A stretch of DNA of 64,000 nt from Flaccisagitta enflata (taxonomy: Eukaryota): assembly GCA_965153355.1 (NCBI GenBank), contig OZ231126.1, positions 45,074,001-45,138,000 on the forward strand, in the 5' to 3' direction. The notes beneath the pieces are model-generated. The model saw only the letters and a program-made list of their open reading frames with translations, did no database searches and was not told the DNA's origin. Below are positions 1-13,993 of this stretch, in pieces (within the stretch, counting starts at the first letter, position 1; every line of letters starts with the position of its first letter). The translations under genes and the position numbers were made by a program.

Positions 1-1148
1 CCTCCACGAACGTCACATCCACCACGCAATGGTCCATCATCCCCCCACCATCCATGGCAGTAACTGACAACGTGTAGCTATCACCTCTGTTGGTTGGAGC
101 GATGACGCAAATGGCGCCAGTCTCCGGATCGATTTTGAATTTGCTTCCGCCACCTGAAGTCACAGATTCAATGGCATACGTAACATTGCTGTGAGGATGA
201 TTCGGCTTGTCTGCGTCATTGGCTTGGACTCGCAAGATTTCCCTCTCCCTCCCACTCCTGCTTTCTGGGAACCTCCTCGTGTAAGTGTTGGACTGGAAAA
301 CCGGTGGGAATTCATTGACGGGTATTAGATTAATTTCCACCTGTTTCCTCGTTTCTTTGAAAGTATTTCTTTCCCTAGCCGTTGCAATAAGAATGATTGG
401 CGTCTCGATTGCCTCAAAATTAAGCAAAGATTTTGCGGCTTCATTTCTCACTTTAATGAAACCATCGGACGTCATTTCAAAGAAAGAAGATCCCGTCAAA
501 GTGTACTCGATAACCGTTTCATCATCGAACGCTTCATTATCCGGATCAATGGCCCAAACTCTGAGCAGCTCATCCGACCCGACTTTTGTGACATAGACAT
601 CCTCGGGATTTTCCACGATCTCTCCTTCATAAGGTAACATTTGAAATTCGGGCGCTTTAGTATCAATGGGTGTCACGATGATATTCATTATAGCGTAAGC
701 CTTTCTCTGGAAGATATCTTGTTCTCTCGCCTCGACGATCAAAGAGTAATAATCGGTATTGCCCATATCCGACCAACGAATCGGCTTCTTCTGACTCAGG
801 GCTCCGCTGTTCTCATCCATGGAGAAGAAATCCGGCCAGTTACTGGGTTCTCCCGTTACGATTCGGTAATTGGAGGGTTTTCTTCTCCCGGCTCCTTGAT
901 CCAGATCCTGGGCCCTGACGAATCCGATGGCCGCCGAATTGGGCGTGTTCCTCGAGATGGTGATGCGGTATTCCGGGTCCACGCAGACGTCTCCGACTTG
1001 TTGGCCGCAGTTGAGGATGGTGTTGGTCTGCAGGAAGTTGGGCCCGCGATCGTCGCCGTCCGTGATGCTGACGGTTAAGGAGGTGGTGGCGCTGAGGCGA
1101 TTCTCGACTCTGTTGGCAGTGTCCGCCGCGACAACCACCAAGATGTAA
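1..1148 (-). CDS. Pcdh15: Pcdh15/Cad99C-like cadherin exon 6 (end of EC2 through about EC5); runs off the window
   Basis: CAG acceptor, phase 2, open frame to the window edge. Motifs ITDGDDRGP (PCDH15 has DGDDLGP), AQDLD, AIDPD, VNEFPPVF, ANDAD, FKIDPETG, VTAMDGG. Confidence 0.95.
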
Positions 1149-1181
1149 CTGAGATGGATAGGGAAGAATGTTACTGTTTTT

Positions 1182-1909
<728 letters not shown>

Positions 1910-1919
1910 ATCCACTTAC

Positions 1920-2161
1920 TATTTTTGCGAAGCCGGCATCGTATCGTAATCAAGATGTCGTTTGATTCTGACGATGGCGGATTCGGGCGAAGTCAACTCG
2001 AAGTATTTGCTGCCATCCAAGTCTGGATTGCCTCCGAACTCTGCCACGCTGTATGTGATCTCGGCGTTGACGCCAACGTCGTAGTCAATGGCGCGGATAC
2101 GACGGAAAATGACCACGCCAACAGGCGTCAACTCGTTCACTTCCGTTATGTAGGAAGGTTC
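1920..2161 (-). CDS. Pcdh15: Pcdh15/Cad99C-like cadherin exon 5 (EPSYITEVNELTPVG...AIDYD...LDYDTMPASQK; EC2)
   Basis: AAG acceptor, GTAAGT donor, phase 0-2. VNELTPVG, AxDxD and LDY motifs. Confidence 0.93.
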
Positions 2162-2396
2162 CTTGAGAAGATGAAATAATGAACATCTTGAAAGCAAAAG
2201 CAAAAGCAAAAGCAAAAGCAAAAGCAAAAGCAAAAGCAAAAAACAAAACGACAAGACGACAAGAAAATTGACTCGCTTATATCATATTGGCTGGATAATT
2301 TGGTGTGATGATTTCATTTATCGAATCATTGTTTGATTGATGATTTACTGGTTGACTGCTCTATTGTTCACATATCGATCACTTCTCTGATCAACT

Positions 2397-2430
2397 TGTT
2401 GATTGATTGATTGTTTTATTGACTGATTGC

Positions 2431-2519
<89 letters not shown>

Positions 2520-2632
2520 CGATTGATTGATCGATCGATCGATCGATCGATTGATTGATTGTTTGGTTGATTGATTGATTGATTGATTGATCAATCGATC
2601 GATCGATCGATCGATTGATTGATTTATTGATT
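2397..2632. repeat. (GATT)n/(GATC)n microsatellite in a cadherin intron
   Basis: Read directly from the sequence. Confidence 0.95.
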
Positions 2633-2679
2633 AATGAGTAATTCATCTATTATCGATGACAACTGTTATTTCAACTCAC

Positions 2680-2790
2680 TTGGAATTTTGGTTTATTGTC
2701 ATTTCTGTCTGCTATGTTAACGGTGACGTCATATCGTTTGATATCTGTCGCTCCATTTTTGATTTTACACGTTATCTTGAACCGGAAAAC
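2680..2790 (-). CDS. Pcdh15: Pcdh15/Cad99C-like cadherin exon 4 (VFRFKITCKIK...VNIADRNDNKPKFQ)
   Basis: TTTTCCACAG acceptor, GTGAGT donor, 111 bp, phase 0-0. DxNDN calcium-binding motif (DRNDN, as in PCDH15). Confidence 0.92.
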
Positions 2791-2985
2791 CTGTGGAAAA
2801 ACAAACTATTTTTACACGACAATACACAACACCGAACAACAAATAAAACCACACTACTCGCACTAATACATGAAGCACACAAGCGCATTAATCAAGCGGA
2901 ACTTGAACTCTATCGACTTTTGTTGTCTGCTAATTTTGTGTGGATAAATGTCACATAATGACGTATGATAAGCGAGCCACTTAAC

Positions 2986-3097
2986 CTGTGATGAATCGAT
3001 GTCGTCGTCTGGGTCTTCGAGGTTGTCTCCTTCCCGGTCGATTTCTTTGATCAGTTTTAGAAATACTTTCTGGTTCTTGTAAGCCAATTCAAAATAC
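2986..3097 (-). CDS. Pcdh15: Pcdh15/Cad99C-like cadherin exon 3 (YFELAYKNQKVFLKLIKEIDREGD...SSQ)
   Basis: CAG acceptor, GTTAAG donor, phase 2-0, cadherin DRE motif. Confidence 0.88.
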
Positions 3098-3499
3098 CTG
3101 GGAATGAATGGATGAATCGATGCTTCATCATGACCGTGGTTTTTACAAAAAGTTTGGTAATTGGGTTGACATGGACATGATGAAATTATTGCAAAAAAGT
3201 CGAATTACGTAATTCGACTTTTTGAAACGTAGGGGACGAAGTTTTCGATTTTTTATTTGGGGCAATTTTACCAATTTGGGCTATTTTGTTGCTGGGAGTA
3301 TACATTTTTTGATATTCACAGCTAAGAAAGAACTTATCTTTCTCTTTCAAATGGCGCCAACCAGAAGTAATTACAATAATTTGTTCTGCTGTTATCAATT
3401 TTTGATTTTTTTGTTTTGTTTTGTTTTGTTTTTTTTTTTTTTTGCATTTTTGCTAGATTCAATATTTTTCATTAATCCTAATTTTTGGTCTTATATAAC

Positions 3500-3686
<187 letters not shown>

Positions 3687-3964
3687 CAGACACGCATACA
3701 CACACACACACACACACTCAAAAACCAAGAGGAAAAAGAGACACAGAGAGACAGAGATTGAATAACCAAAACAGACAAGCAGTCACCCAAACATTATGAG
3801 ATGCATACACAGAAGAACATGCAAAAAAAAAAACGACTTTTTCCGGTCGGCGAGAGACGCCTTTATTGGGGAAGAAAGGGATCAGAAATTTTTGGATCTT
3901 AATAAGCATAAAATCAGAGAAATAATGCGTAAATTTTACAATGCGCGTGTAAATGTTAACTCAC

Positions 3965-4159
3965 CCATCTGGATTGTTAAACTTGTCGTTTCCGATGCCA
4001 ACGAGGTCCAATATGATGTTTTGATTTGGCGAGGTGGGATCTGGATTTCCTTCGATGCCGATGATCTCCTTCATAGGCTCCTCGTCGACGACCTGTTGCG
4101 CAGTTGACTCGTCGATGTAAAACGGAAACAAAGGACTGTTGGAGTCGCACAAACCGCAG
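3965..4159 (-). CDS. Pcdh15: Pcdh15/Cad99C-like cadherin exon 2 (CGLCDSNSPLFPFYIDES...NNPDG; start of EC1)
   Basis: CAG acceptor, GTGAGT donor, phase 2-2. C...IDES...IEG pattern resembles the PCDH15 EC1 N-terminus. Confidence 0.85.
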
Positions 4160-4263
4160 CTGCCAGTTAAGACAAGTTCAAAATGGCATGAAAATTGAAA
4201 CATATAAAAAAACGTGATCGGGTTTATGATCTACTGTGCTAGAGAGGTACAATGACTGCTACA

Positions 4264-4384
4264 CTTTTTAGGTGCGCCAAAGCACGTCTATTTAACTGAC
4301 TGTGTCTGTTTGTCTGTTGGTTGGTCGGTGACGCATTCGTTCGATGAACCACACGGCGCACCTATTGGCCTACTTTGCTTTGTT
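4264..4384 (+). mobile_element. HINE/DINE-1-like element, family C
   Basis: TTTTT-AGGTGCGCC start, GTCT/GGTC microsatellite, inverted GGCGCACCT near the 3' end, short 3' stem. Related copies at ~19345-19450 and 26652-26787 (-). Confidence 0.65.
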
Positions 4385-4575
4385 ACAATTATGACTGGAA
4401 TATTTGTCGATATCCAAGGTCATGATCGCTTCCAAAAGTCCGTTCATTTTTTCTGTCATCATCGGAATTGAATGACTTAATCGGGATGCAAATGAAAGCA
4501 AATCAAGGACATGCCTCTATTTTTTTCAACGGCTAAAATGGTGAAGGTCATGATTAGTTTCTTTTTAGTGTATAC

Positions 4576-4643
4576 CTGCCAAAGGAGATATGATTAACGG
4601 CAACGAATAAAACGTTGACGAACAAGATTAGGAGGTAATCCAT
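4576..4643 (-). CDS. Pcdh15: Protocadherin-15/Cad99C-like cadherin, coding exon 1 (signal peptide MDYLLILFVNVLFVAVNHISFG)
   Basis: ATG at 4643, hydrophobic signal-like stretch, AG|GTATAC donor in phase 2 that matches the next exon. Confidence 0.8.
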
Positions 4644-5590
4644 GATCGGAAGTTAGTTTTTTGAATTTTGAAGATTTGTTTGTTGTCATTTAAGAATTGT
4701 TTTTCCCCTTAACTTTTTCGATATTTTTAGTTTCCTTTCATAAGGCTTTCTTTTAAAAAACGAATCCCGAATTTCTTTTGTAAGATAAAGAGATAGTTGC
4801 ATGTTGCGAGAAAGAAGAGAAAAGAAAAGAGTTGACCGTTCCTATGGAAAGCGTGCTATCTGTTTGTGTCCCTCTTGAGTTAAAACATGGGATGGGCGAA
4901 TCATCATCGTCTTCATCGTCGTCGTCTTTCTACGGAATCATGGAATGTTGGAATTTCCCATCTCAGGGAAAATTCCAAGCAGTAAAAAATCGATGTTATC
5001 CGGATCCAAAGTGTCGGAACAAAGGACACTTGATAGAGGAAGAGAGAGTTGTATTTTCCGAGTTACCGTTATGTTAAAAGATTGAATAAAAACACACATG
5101 AACTACGTGTTACTAAGTTGTTTAATCGGCTTCGTCTCGTTTTAAAATGATTAGGATTAAAACTGACGCTGTCAATGAAAGCAATACTGCCAGTCCTGGA
5201 CGGATCTTCTTCCTCTTCTCTCAAATGCTGAGAGTCATTAAAAAGGCGCACATCTTCAGTTTTGGTTCTGACACGCGATGGGAAGATCAACAGGAAAGGA
5301 CAAGAAAGGAAAAGTTCCAATTTTCGCTTTTCGCGGTCAGAACCGATTTATGGATTGTACTCCCGGGCAAAAAAAGATGGACATCAAAAATTAAGCTTCC
5401 CTAGTCGCGTGCGGGTGGTCAGGGGCAGTGGAGGAAAGAGCTAATCAAGTATTGGGGCACGGGCTGCAAAAAAAGGCTATAAAAAGTCAAAAAAGGTAAG
5501 CGTTACAGGCGCAAGGATTTACACAGACATGGTAACACGATTAGTTATAAGTTATGACTTATGAGTAATTAAGTGGCCCTCTCTCTGTCC

Positions 5591-5650
<60 letters not shown>

Positions 5651-5654
<4 letters not shown>

Positions 5655-6204
5655 AAATGATTCCGCACTTATGAAAAATGAGTCAGCTGTTTTTTCGTAA
5701 TGGTTAATTATAAGGTTAAATGATTATAAATGTTTTATATCTACCAACTCCGAACACCCGCCACGAAACTTGTTAAATTCATTTGCAGGAATTTTGCCTA
5801 CGCAGTAAAATTTTAAAGTTCAAGCTTTAATTCAAAAACTCAGACCTCAAATACTGCAAATAAAGAGTGCGCAACAGTAAAGACTTGATAATTGTCATCA
5901 TGTCTCACCTTTATCCCTTTTCTGTCATTTTGTTTACGTTCATCACCTCTATTCCATAGTCAACTTAGCTTGGAATCAGATTTTAATATTTGACTCAAAT
6001 TTTGAGTCATCCGTCCGTCCGTCTATCTGTCTGTCTATATTTGTCTGTTTGATGTTTGCTCTGCCGAACAGGCTGTCTATTTATCTGTGTGTTTCTCTGT
6101 CTGAATGTCAGCTTTTCTGTCTCTCTGTCCCTCTGTTTCCTGTCTCTGTCTCTATGTCTTTCTCTTTTTCTCATTGTTTCTCTGTCCGTTTCTCTGTCTC
6201 AGTT

Positions 6205-6251
<47 letters not shown>

Positions 6252-6813
6252 CGATGGGGCAAAAAATGATTCCGCACTTATGAAAAATGAGTCAGCTGTT
6301 TTTTCGTAATGGTTAATTATAAGGTTAAATGATTATAAATGTTTTATATCTACCAACTCCGAACACCCGCCACGAAACTTGTTAAATTCATTTGCAGGAA
6401 TTTTGCCTACGCAGTAAAATTTTAAAGTTCAAGCTTTAATTCAAAAACTCAGACCTCAAATACTGCAAATAAAGAGTGCGCAACAGTAAAGACTTGATAA
6501 TTGTCATCATGTCTCACCTTTATCCCTTTTCTGTCATTTTGTTTACGTTCATCACCTCTATTCCATAGTCAACTTAGCTTGGAATCAGATTTTAATATTT
6601 GACTCAAATTTTGAGTCATCCGTCCGTCCGTCTATCTGTCTGTCTATATTTGTCTGTTTGATGTTTGCTCTGCCGAACAGGCTGTCTATTTATCTGTGTG
6701 TTTCTCTGTCTGAATGTCAGCTTTTCTGTCTCTCTGTCCCTCTGTTTCCTGTCTCTGTCTCTATGTCTTTCTCTTTTTCTCATTGTTTCTCTGTCCGTTT
6801 CTCTGTCTCAGTT

Positions 6814-6900
<87 letters not shown>
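5651..6900. repeat. 609-bp-period tandem duplication (5651-~6243 and 6260-~6900), each copy ending in (CT)n
   Basis: Apparently identical unique sequence at offset 609; the ORF track shows the same peptide starting at 6049 and 6658. Confidence 0.95.
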
Positions 6901-6904
<4 letters not shown>

Positions 6905-8298
6905 GTGCGAGGGACACACGCAGGTACTTTGATCTTTTGACCTTTTTCTAAGAAAAAAGAGACTTTTTACCGCCATTTATCATGCAGACATCAACACCTT
7001 TATTTAATGAATCGGAAGTTAAGCTTTAAACTTGTAAAGAAGTATCCAGATCCAGCGTGTCTAATAAAAAATAAACTCCTTACGATTGTTTCAGTGGATT
7101 CTTGTAGTTCTTACGCGTCTTTTCTGTACCACAATCTACAGTCTGCAATCGAGTCCACAGTGTTTAGGTTATCAAAACTAGCGCATGTTATTCACACCTC
7201 ATATGGGCATAATGATCGGTGAGGGCATGGGTAGTTTGCAAGATTGATTCTAAAGCAAGCCCGCGAGCCCGATGATCTCTATTTTTCTGTCGGGTTTTCA
7301 TCTTTTGCTGGATGTGAGCCCGGGAGGCTCCTTCATATTAGGTTACAAGTTGCATACATGCTGAATCTCTATTGGACCTATTGGTGATACTATACCTTTG
7401 AAATTTGATAATTTTCACCTATTGAATTGTTCTATCATTGTTCATCGAAAAATCTTTAAGTGGCGGACCGGATATTCTGTCAGAGGAATTGTCCGTTTTT
7501 TTCAGTCAGAGTGTATTACCACGCGTTTCTTACCCTATATGAATGACCAGCCGCATTTCTTTTCAGGTGGCGCTATGCTACGTTGCTGGCCCCTCTTAGG
7601 TGTGGATTGAAAAATTGCGTGGCGTTCTTCTCGCCCTATGACACTGAAACTTGTGAAAACCTGATCCCCAGGTCGTTGCAAATATATTGGAAACGAATGC
7701 CAAGTACGCGGAGTAGAGATACAGGTGAAGAGTGGATTTCTTTATATAATGCTTCTCCGACATAAAATCAATTGGGTCAGAGGAGATAAGAGAGTTTGTT
7801 GCGGTAAAAAGTTAAAAACGGACGATCGTGCTTAGTTTATTCCACCACATAGATTTTAGTGATGACAAAGTAGTATTCATCGGTAATCAATAGGAAAAGT
7901 CTTTTTATTCTGCTGAAACAAAATATTTTCCCTCATTGCTTCAATATGCAAATTAGGGTTTTATATATCCGGTTTATTCACATGAGAATACATGTAGCAG
8001 AACAAAGAATATAAACGAGGACAAGGAAACATGACGTCCTGTATCGGGCTCGCTGTTTTTCGGTGTTTTTGTTAGAAGTTAGCCCAAAAGGCTCAGTCAC
8101 AGAAAAAGCTAAAATCAGGCATGATAGTTTGTTGCTCTGCACTTAACAATTCATTGTCGAAAGATGTTTCATCATACGATGTGCATTGTGCAAGTTGTGC
8201 ATTGTGTAGTCCAATAACATAGCCAGTGTGCTCTTGTCATAACATGAATATGTTTACTCTCTTTATCTCTTTCTCTCTCTTTATCTCTTTCTCTCTCT

Positions 8299-8334
<36 letters not shown>

Positions 8335-9454
8335 ATTCTTCCTGCCCATTCTCAGAATCTCACGCTCACGAAGCTAACGAGAGCGGAGTTTAATGCTGGC
8401 GAGAATTCTCAGAATTCATGCTACCGAGAATCGGGGATTTTCACGCTACCGAGAATTCTCGGTAGCGTTAAAGTGGTAACAGAAATTTGATTCTTGCTAT
8501 TGAGAATTTGTTTATCTTTTTCTCTGCCCTTTGTCCTGCTTTTTCTTTTCTTTTTTCTTCCACTTTATTTTTTTCTTCTCCTATTTTCTTTTTCTTTTCT
8601 TTTTTTTTTTTTTTTAATTTTTTTCATTTTTTTCATTTTTTTATTTCTTTGTTCTTCTTTTTTACTTCTATGTTTTGTGTTTTTCTTTTTTTCTTTCCTT
8701 CCTTTTTCTTTCTCTCTTTCTTTCAATCTTCCTCTCTTCCTCTCTTTTTTTTCCTTTCTTTGGTTTTTTTATAATTTTTTTGTCTTTTTCTTCTTTATTT
8801 CTTTTTTTTTCTTTTTGTCTTTGTTCATTTTTTGCTTCCTTCCATTCTTCCTTTTTTTTCTTTTTTTCTGTTTTTTTTTTTTTTGTTCCTCCCTTCCTCT
8901 CTTTTTTTTTTCTTTCTTTTTTTTTATCTCTTTTCTTTTCTTTTTTTTATTCATTCTTTCTTTTTTTCTTTTTCTAAATATCTTTTTCATCTCTTTATTT
9001 GAGTGTATTATGTCTTTTCATTAGTGCAACAAAAAATCAAAGAACAAAATAATTCTAATTCAAGACAGGCAAAAATTAACAATTGAAAAAACAAATTAAT
9101 TGCCTTTGAAGATAATGGCTTTCTTAATATAATCATCAAATATGTTTATGAAAAAATATTTTTGACAATGAAAATCATAAATGTGTGATCAGAAAGAAAA
9201 GGTGAAATTACTTCTAAATTAACTGAATTCATCCTAAAAATTTTGATAACAAAGATGAAATGAAAAAGATTTAACAAGAAAAAACTTTGTTTGATGAAAA
9301 AATATCTCTAGGAAAAACCTGTATGAGAAATGATATCATTTTTTCCGTGAAAAATTCATCTTTATCATCTTTAGACTTTATGTTTTGACTTTTTTTTAAG
9401 TGCTCATTCCACCTAAACTTGTTCATTAAACTAACATGAGAAAGAGAGAGAGAG

Positions 9455-9552
<98 letters not shown>

Positions 9553-9691
9553 AATTATTCTCGTGAATAACTATTTTTACAATAATCATCATAACCTGAT
9601 AATTGATTTAACGCATGGCACTCTCATACATTTAAACATCAAAACGGTTATCGTTAATGCTACCGAGAATTCTCGGCAGCATTACCCACTC

Positions 9692-9789
<98 letters not shown>

Positions 9790-9831
9790 ACTTTGCATAA
9801 AATCGTTTCGCTTAAGTCTCAGCACATTTAC

Positions 9832-10033
9832 CTGCCACGTGGACGGTCGTAGGCGTCGGCGTCGGCCGTGGCTGGAGCGGCGCCGTTGGCGGCGTCGGCA
9901 GCGGCGGACGAGAAGGACTGAGAGCGCGCCGGGACCGGAGAAAGCGGCGCCCCCACGTTAACGTAGATCGCGGATTCCTTAATGGCCCATTCTTGATTCT
10001 CTTGATTCTCCTCAATCCGTTGATGGGGAGGTG
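9832..10033 (-). CDS. Candidate internal exon of an unknown gene (one open frame: ...SAIYVNVGAPLSP...DAYDRPRG)
   Basis: GC-rich island, (CT)n plus TTCAG acceptor, AG|GTAAAT donor. Two of three frames are open. Confidence 0.5.
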
Positions 10034-10050
10034 CTGAACGGTAATGAAGA

Positions 10051-10176
<126 letters not shown>

Positions 10177-10906
10177 GAAATAGAATGAGGGGCAGAATTT
10201 TTATACTGTAATTTCCATCAAAAAAAAAAAAAAAAAAAAAAGAAGAAACGTGATGTCGGCTAGATGAAGCAAGTTGCGATAGGTAAAATTAAATCAAGGT
10301 CAGTGTTTCTTTTCCTTTTTCTGTGAAATAAAAAGGATTTGGGGGTTGAACTTATCATTTTTCCTCAGATGAGATCTCGTTATGTCACATGTCATCTTAA
10401 GTCACATGTCGTTAAGTCACATGTCATGGACTCATTTGAATAAGGAAAAGTAACATGAGGTTTTCATCGACGAATTTCGGCGACTGTGACATATGACTGT
10501 GACCACGTGAACAAAGACGAACTTTTAAATCGCCAATATTGCGTACGTAAAAATTGATGAAAGTTCTAGACCATATGATAGCCCTTAAAAATTTCTTTCA
10601 TCTGCTATTGATATCTTATTTCGTTTAAAAATGGCAATAGGTTGAATAAAAACATGCCCAGTGTAGTTTCACTATCTCTTTATAAGAGTTGCATTTTAGA
10701 AGAATAGACTTTGTATTCGGAGGGCTTCTAAACCGTTTGAGATACTGACATGGGATTGGACTAGAATGAAAGATTTTTTGAAAAACTTCAAAACTGTTGC
10801 AATTGAAAGTCGTTTGGATTGTTTCTTTTATCTGTTTTATCAATTAACAAATGGGTGCGTCTTTTTTCAGTCAAGCAGTTAAATGTTGTCCAAATTTTAT
10901 AGATTG

Positions 10907-11115
10907 AAGTGACGCGGGGTCACAATATCGTTGCGGACGGGTGGGCAGGGGCATCCAACCCCCATCCACACCCCAACCCACCCCCAACACTCAAACATAC
11001 ACAAAAAGTTTTGAAAACGCTCTATTTCCCACTTTTCAACTTGATCACCATGACGGACGTACCGATGGAAGGACGGACGGACAAAGTCTCTTATAGAGTT
11101 GCGTGTCCGCAACTA
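10907..11115 (-). mobile_element. HINE/DINE-1-like element, family A (AGTTGCGGAC subtype, GTGACCCCGCGTCAC 3' hairpin)
   Basis: 5' hairpin AGTTGCGGACACGCAACT, GTCC microsatellite, GCCCCTGCCCACCCG core, subterminal inverted repeat. Similar copies at 28457-28668 (+) and 60602-60805 (-). Confidence 0.75.
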
Positions 11116-11393
11116 AGAATGATTCATGCGGGGATGAAGAACAAAGCGAAAAGCATTCGGGACAAATCAGTATGCATGTGAGGCCAAGACTAGTAGAGAC
11201 AGATTAGGATGAGTTGAGATCTTGAGATGAGCCAAGAAAATGTGTAACGTGAACGTTAGACCTCAACATCTTTTTCGTTGTGAAGACGATCCACTCGCCA
11301 AAACGTTGTCTTCCTTTTCACTTCTGACTTGGTCACGACGGGTTAAGACGACTGCGAAAGCATTGAAGGTGGTGCTCGTCTTTTTCTCCACAA

Positions 11394-11580
11394 TTTTTAG
11401 TCGCTTGCTACACCCCGCTTTGTCCGTCGGTCGGTCGGTCGGTTGGTCCGTCATATTTTAATCTTTTTTATGATTTATATTCTTTGACCCTACTGCTCCT
11501 GCCTAAATGGTCTGGTGACCTCAAATATGGCCCCTGCCCATCCGCACGCGACTGGGGTAGCCGTGTATCCGACCTTGTTT
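11394..11580 (+). mobile_element. HINE/DINE-1-like element, family A (AGTCGCGTGC subtype)
   Basis: T-run start, (GGTC)n, CCGCACGCGACT, GCCGTGTATCCG.CCTTGTT end. Near-identical copies at 14670-14850 and 28000-28200. Confidence 0.75.
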
Positions 11581-12367
11581 ATAGAAGAGACGATTTGGCA
11601 TGGCAAATCTTGCATGGAGATGGAAATGGGAAATTTCCATCGATTTTTTGTATCACCTGGCATTTGTTAAATGTAATGTCTTATCCTGTCAACTTAACGG
11701 AAAGGACTTCCTTTTTAGGATCGAAACTTAACCTTGCTGTACCAGATGCTCTTTAATCTTTTAATTATTCAAGACTAAAACGTTCATCATTTAAAGATTA
11801 AAACATCATTTTTCGCCACTATTCTATAAAAACACGCCTGACGCAAGCCGTTTGGCTTCTGTTTAGTTTACCAGCTTTTTCTTACTCCCATCACCGTTGG
11901 TCATATCTTTTCTTTTCTTTTCCTTTTTTTTTTCTTTTTCATCTTTTATTTTTTTTTCCTCTTTTCTTTTTTATTTCTATCTATACTACTTTTTTTTTCT
12001 CGAGATCGACTGGAGAAAACTTAACCTGAATTTCGTGAGCATTTCCTTTCATGTTGGCCCGAGGCGGCTTTTCAACATCTCATTTTTATCTTTTTTACCT
12101 GATATCTTCAAGACTTAATTCCCCGAATTTCAGCCATCGGCCTCTCACTCATCACCATTCAAATGGCACGATGGCGTGAAACGCTTCGGGATGGAACAAA
12201 TGTCTTATTTACACAATTTTATTCATACATGATACGTAGTAGCTAAAAACTCATTATTGTTTTAGTCACGGATTTTCAACTCCATACAAGGCTTTGGCCA
12301 TCCTTAGGTCTGTCTGTAAGTTTTTTGGTCCATCTGTGATGCTCGAAAATGTGAATATGTGCAGTGT

Positions 12368-12517
<150 letters not shown>

Positions 12518-12785
12518 CGGTCTGTGGAGGAGGGGGGGAGGAGTTTTATGCCTCTACCCATCTCTCCGCAATGAATTTGTTACTTGGAGTTACTTGTTTT
12601 TTGTTTGTTTTTTTTTATTTATTTTTGTTTTTTTTTATTTATTTTTGTTTTTTTTGCATCATCCACCTTTTATGGTATAAGAAAAATGTAGATAAAATGA
12701 ATAATTGTTGTAAACATGCGTCGTTTCAGTGAATTTCGTCCCATTGCATACTTGCCACTCCTATTTTTTTTTCAACTCGCCTTAC

Positions 12786-12872
12786 CTTCGTATGGTTCGC
12801 CCCCGCTCTCCCTCTCCACCCATTCGTTTGCAGGATGCCAATTAGCTCTCATCGGGTTTCCTTCGGCATGAT
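12786..12872 (-). CDS. Candidate phase 1-1 exon (HAEGNPMRANWHPANEWVERESGGEPYE)
   Basis: Strong AAG|GTAAG donor; AAG acceptor inferred; open frame. Confidence 0.35.
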
Positions 12873-13921
12873 CTTGGATATAACATTTTCATCTGCATCC
12901 TCGCATCTATAAGTATGATCACACTATGTTTTAGACTTTCACATGTTTTGAAATGCTACTGTTGTTGCTTCCCACACAAACAATCATCGATTATGTCATC
13001 TCGGGCGAACCAACAATCAAACAGACAAACAAACACACAAACAAACAAACAAACTTCTCTTCTGTTCCTGATTTATTTTTTCCGCAGATAAATACCTGGT
13101 TCAATGTTTTCCTTCATTTCTCTCATGTAGCCCCGCATGTATCTTCCCCATGGCTTTTCAAATTTTCTACATCACCTATCTCCTCCTTTGCCTCCCGGCG
13201 ATCCAGGGCCAGATTCTCCTTCTCCACCTTGTTCGATTCCAAAAATCTGATTGATTCAATTTTCATTCCTTGAGGTACAATTTTCATTTCTCCTGGATTT
13301 TTTTTCGGTTTGCCCTCCTGGATTTTCTTTTTCTTCCCCTTTGAGTCCTTCCACCTGGATTCTCTTGCTTGTTCTTCCGCCGTTGGCGGCTCAACCATGC
13401 TTTACATTTCTTTTCTTTCTCTCCTAACATACAGCTGCATCCCGCTCTATAACGGATCCAAGAGTAACATAAATCCTCCTGCGATAAATTTGAAATCTAA
13501 GGACTTTCATCATTTATCTTTATCTCTTACAAAATCTGCTTATGATTTAAGAAATCTTTTAGTTTCTTTACATCCGGTATTGCGGGGTTCAACTTTACCA
13601 CGAATCCGCGATCGAAGTTTTACGCAAACTATGGACACCTACAAGTTGAGTTAACACCCTCTGGTTTTAAAGGTCCTACACCGCCTTCTGTTGCCGCCCC
13701 TCCCTTTTTTTATGTAACGGTTGGATGCATTTGCCGAAATCAGGTTATGCGTGACTCTACTTTCAGAAGTGCCTTCCCTGACTTAATTGTTTGTGAGGAA
13801 GAACACCAGTTAAGTTAAACGCGTTTGTGCCCCCCGCCCCGATCCGAGTGTGTACCAGGAAGGCAGAAAATCGTGACAAAGTTGGGAGGAATGGACCGAT
13901 TGAATAGATGGATAAACTTAC

Positions 13922-13993
13922 CGACCGATTTAAAACTACCCATGATGGTCTTCTTGTAAACAGCTTCGCACATATTGCTCTCCAAAGTAATGA
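13922..13993 (-). CDS. Candidate phase 1-1 exon (ITLESNMCEAVYKKTIMGSFKSV)
   Basis: TTTCCAG acceptor, GTAAGT donor, 72 bp, open frame. Confidence 0.35.

Noticed and set aside
285..1148. Plus-strand ORFs of 73-145 aa
   Set aside because: Antisense shadows of cadherin exon 6.
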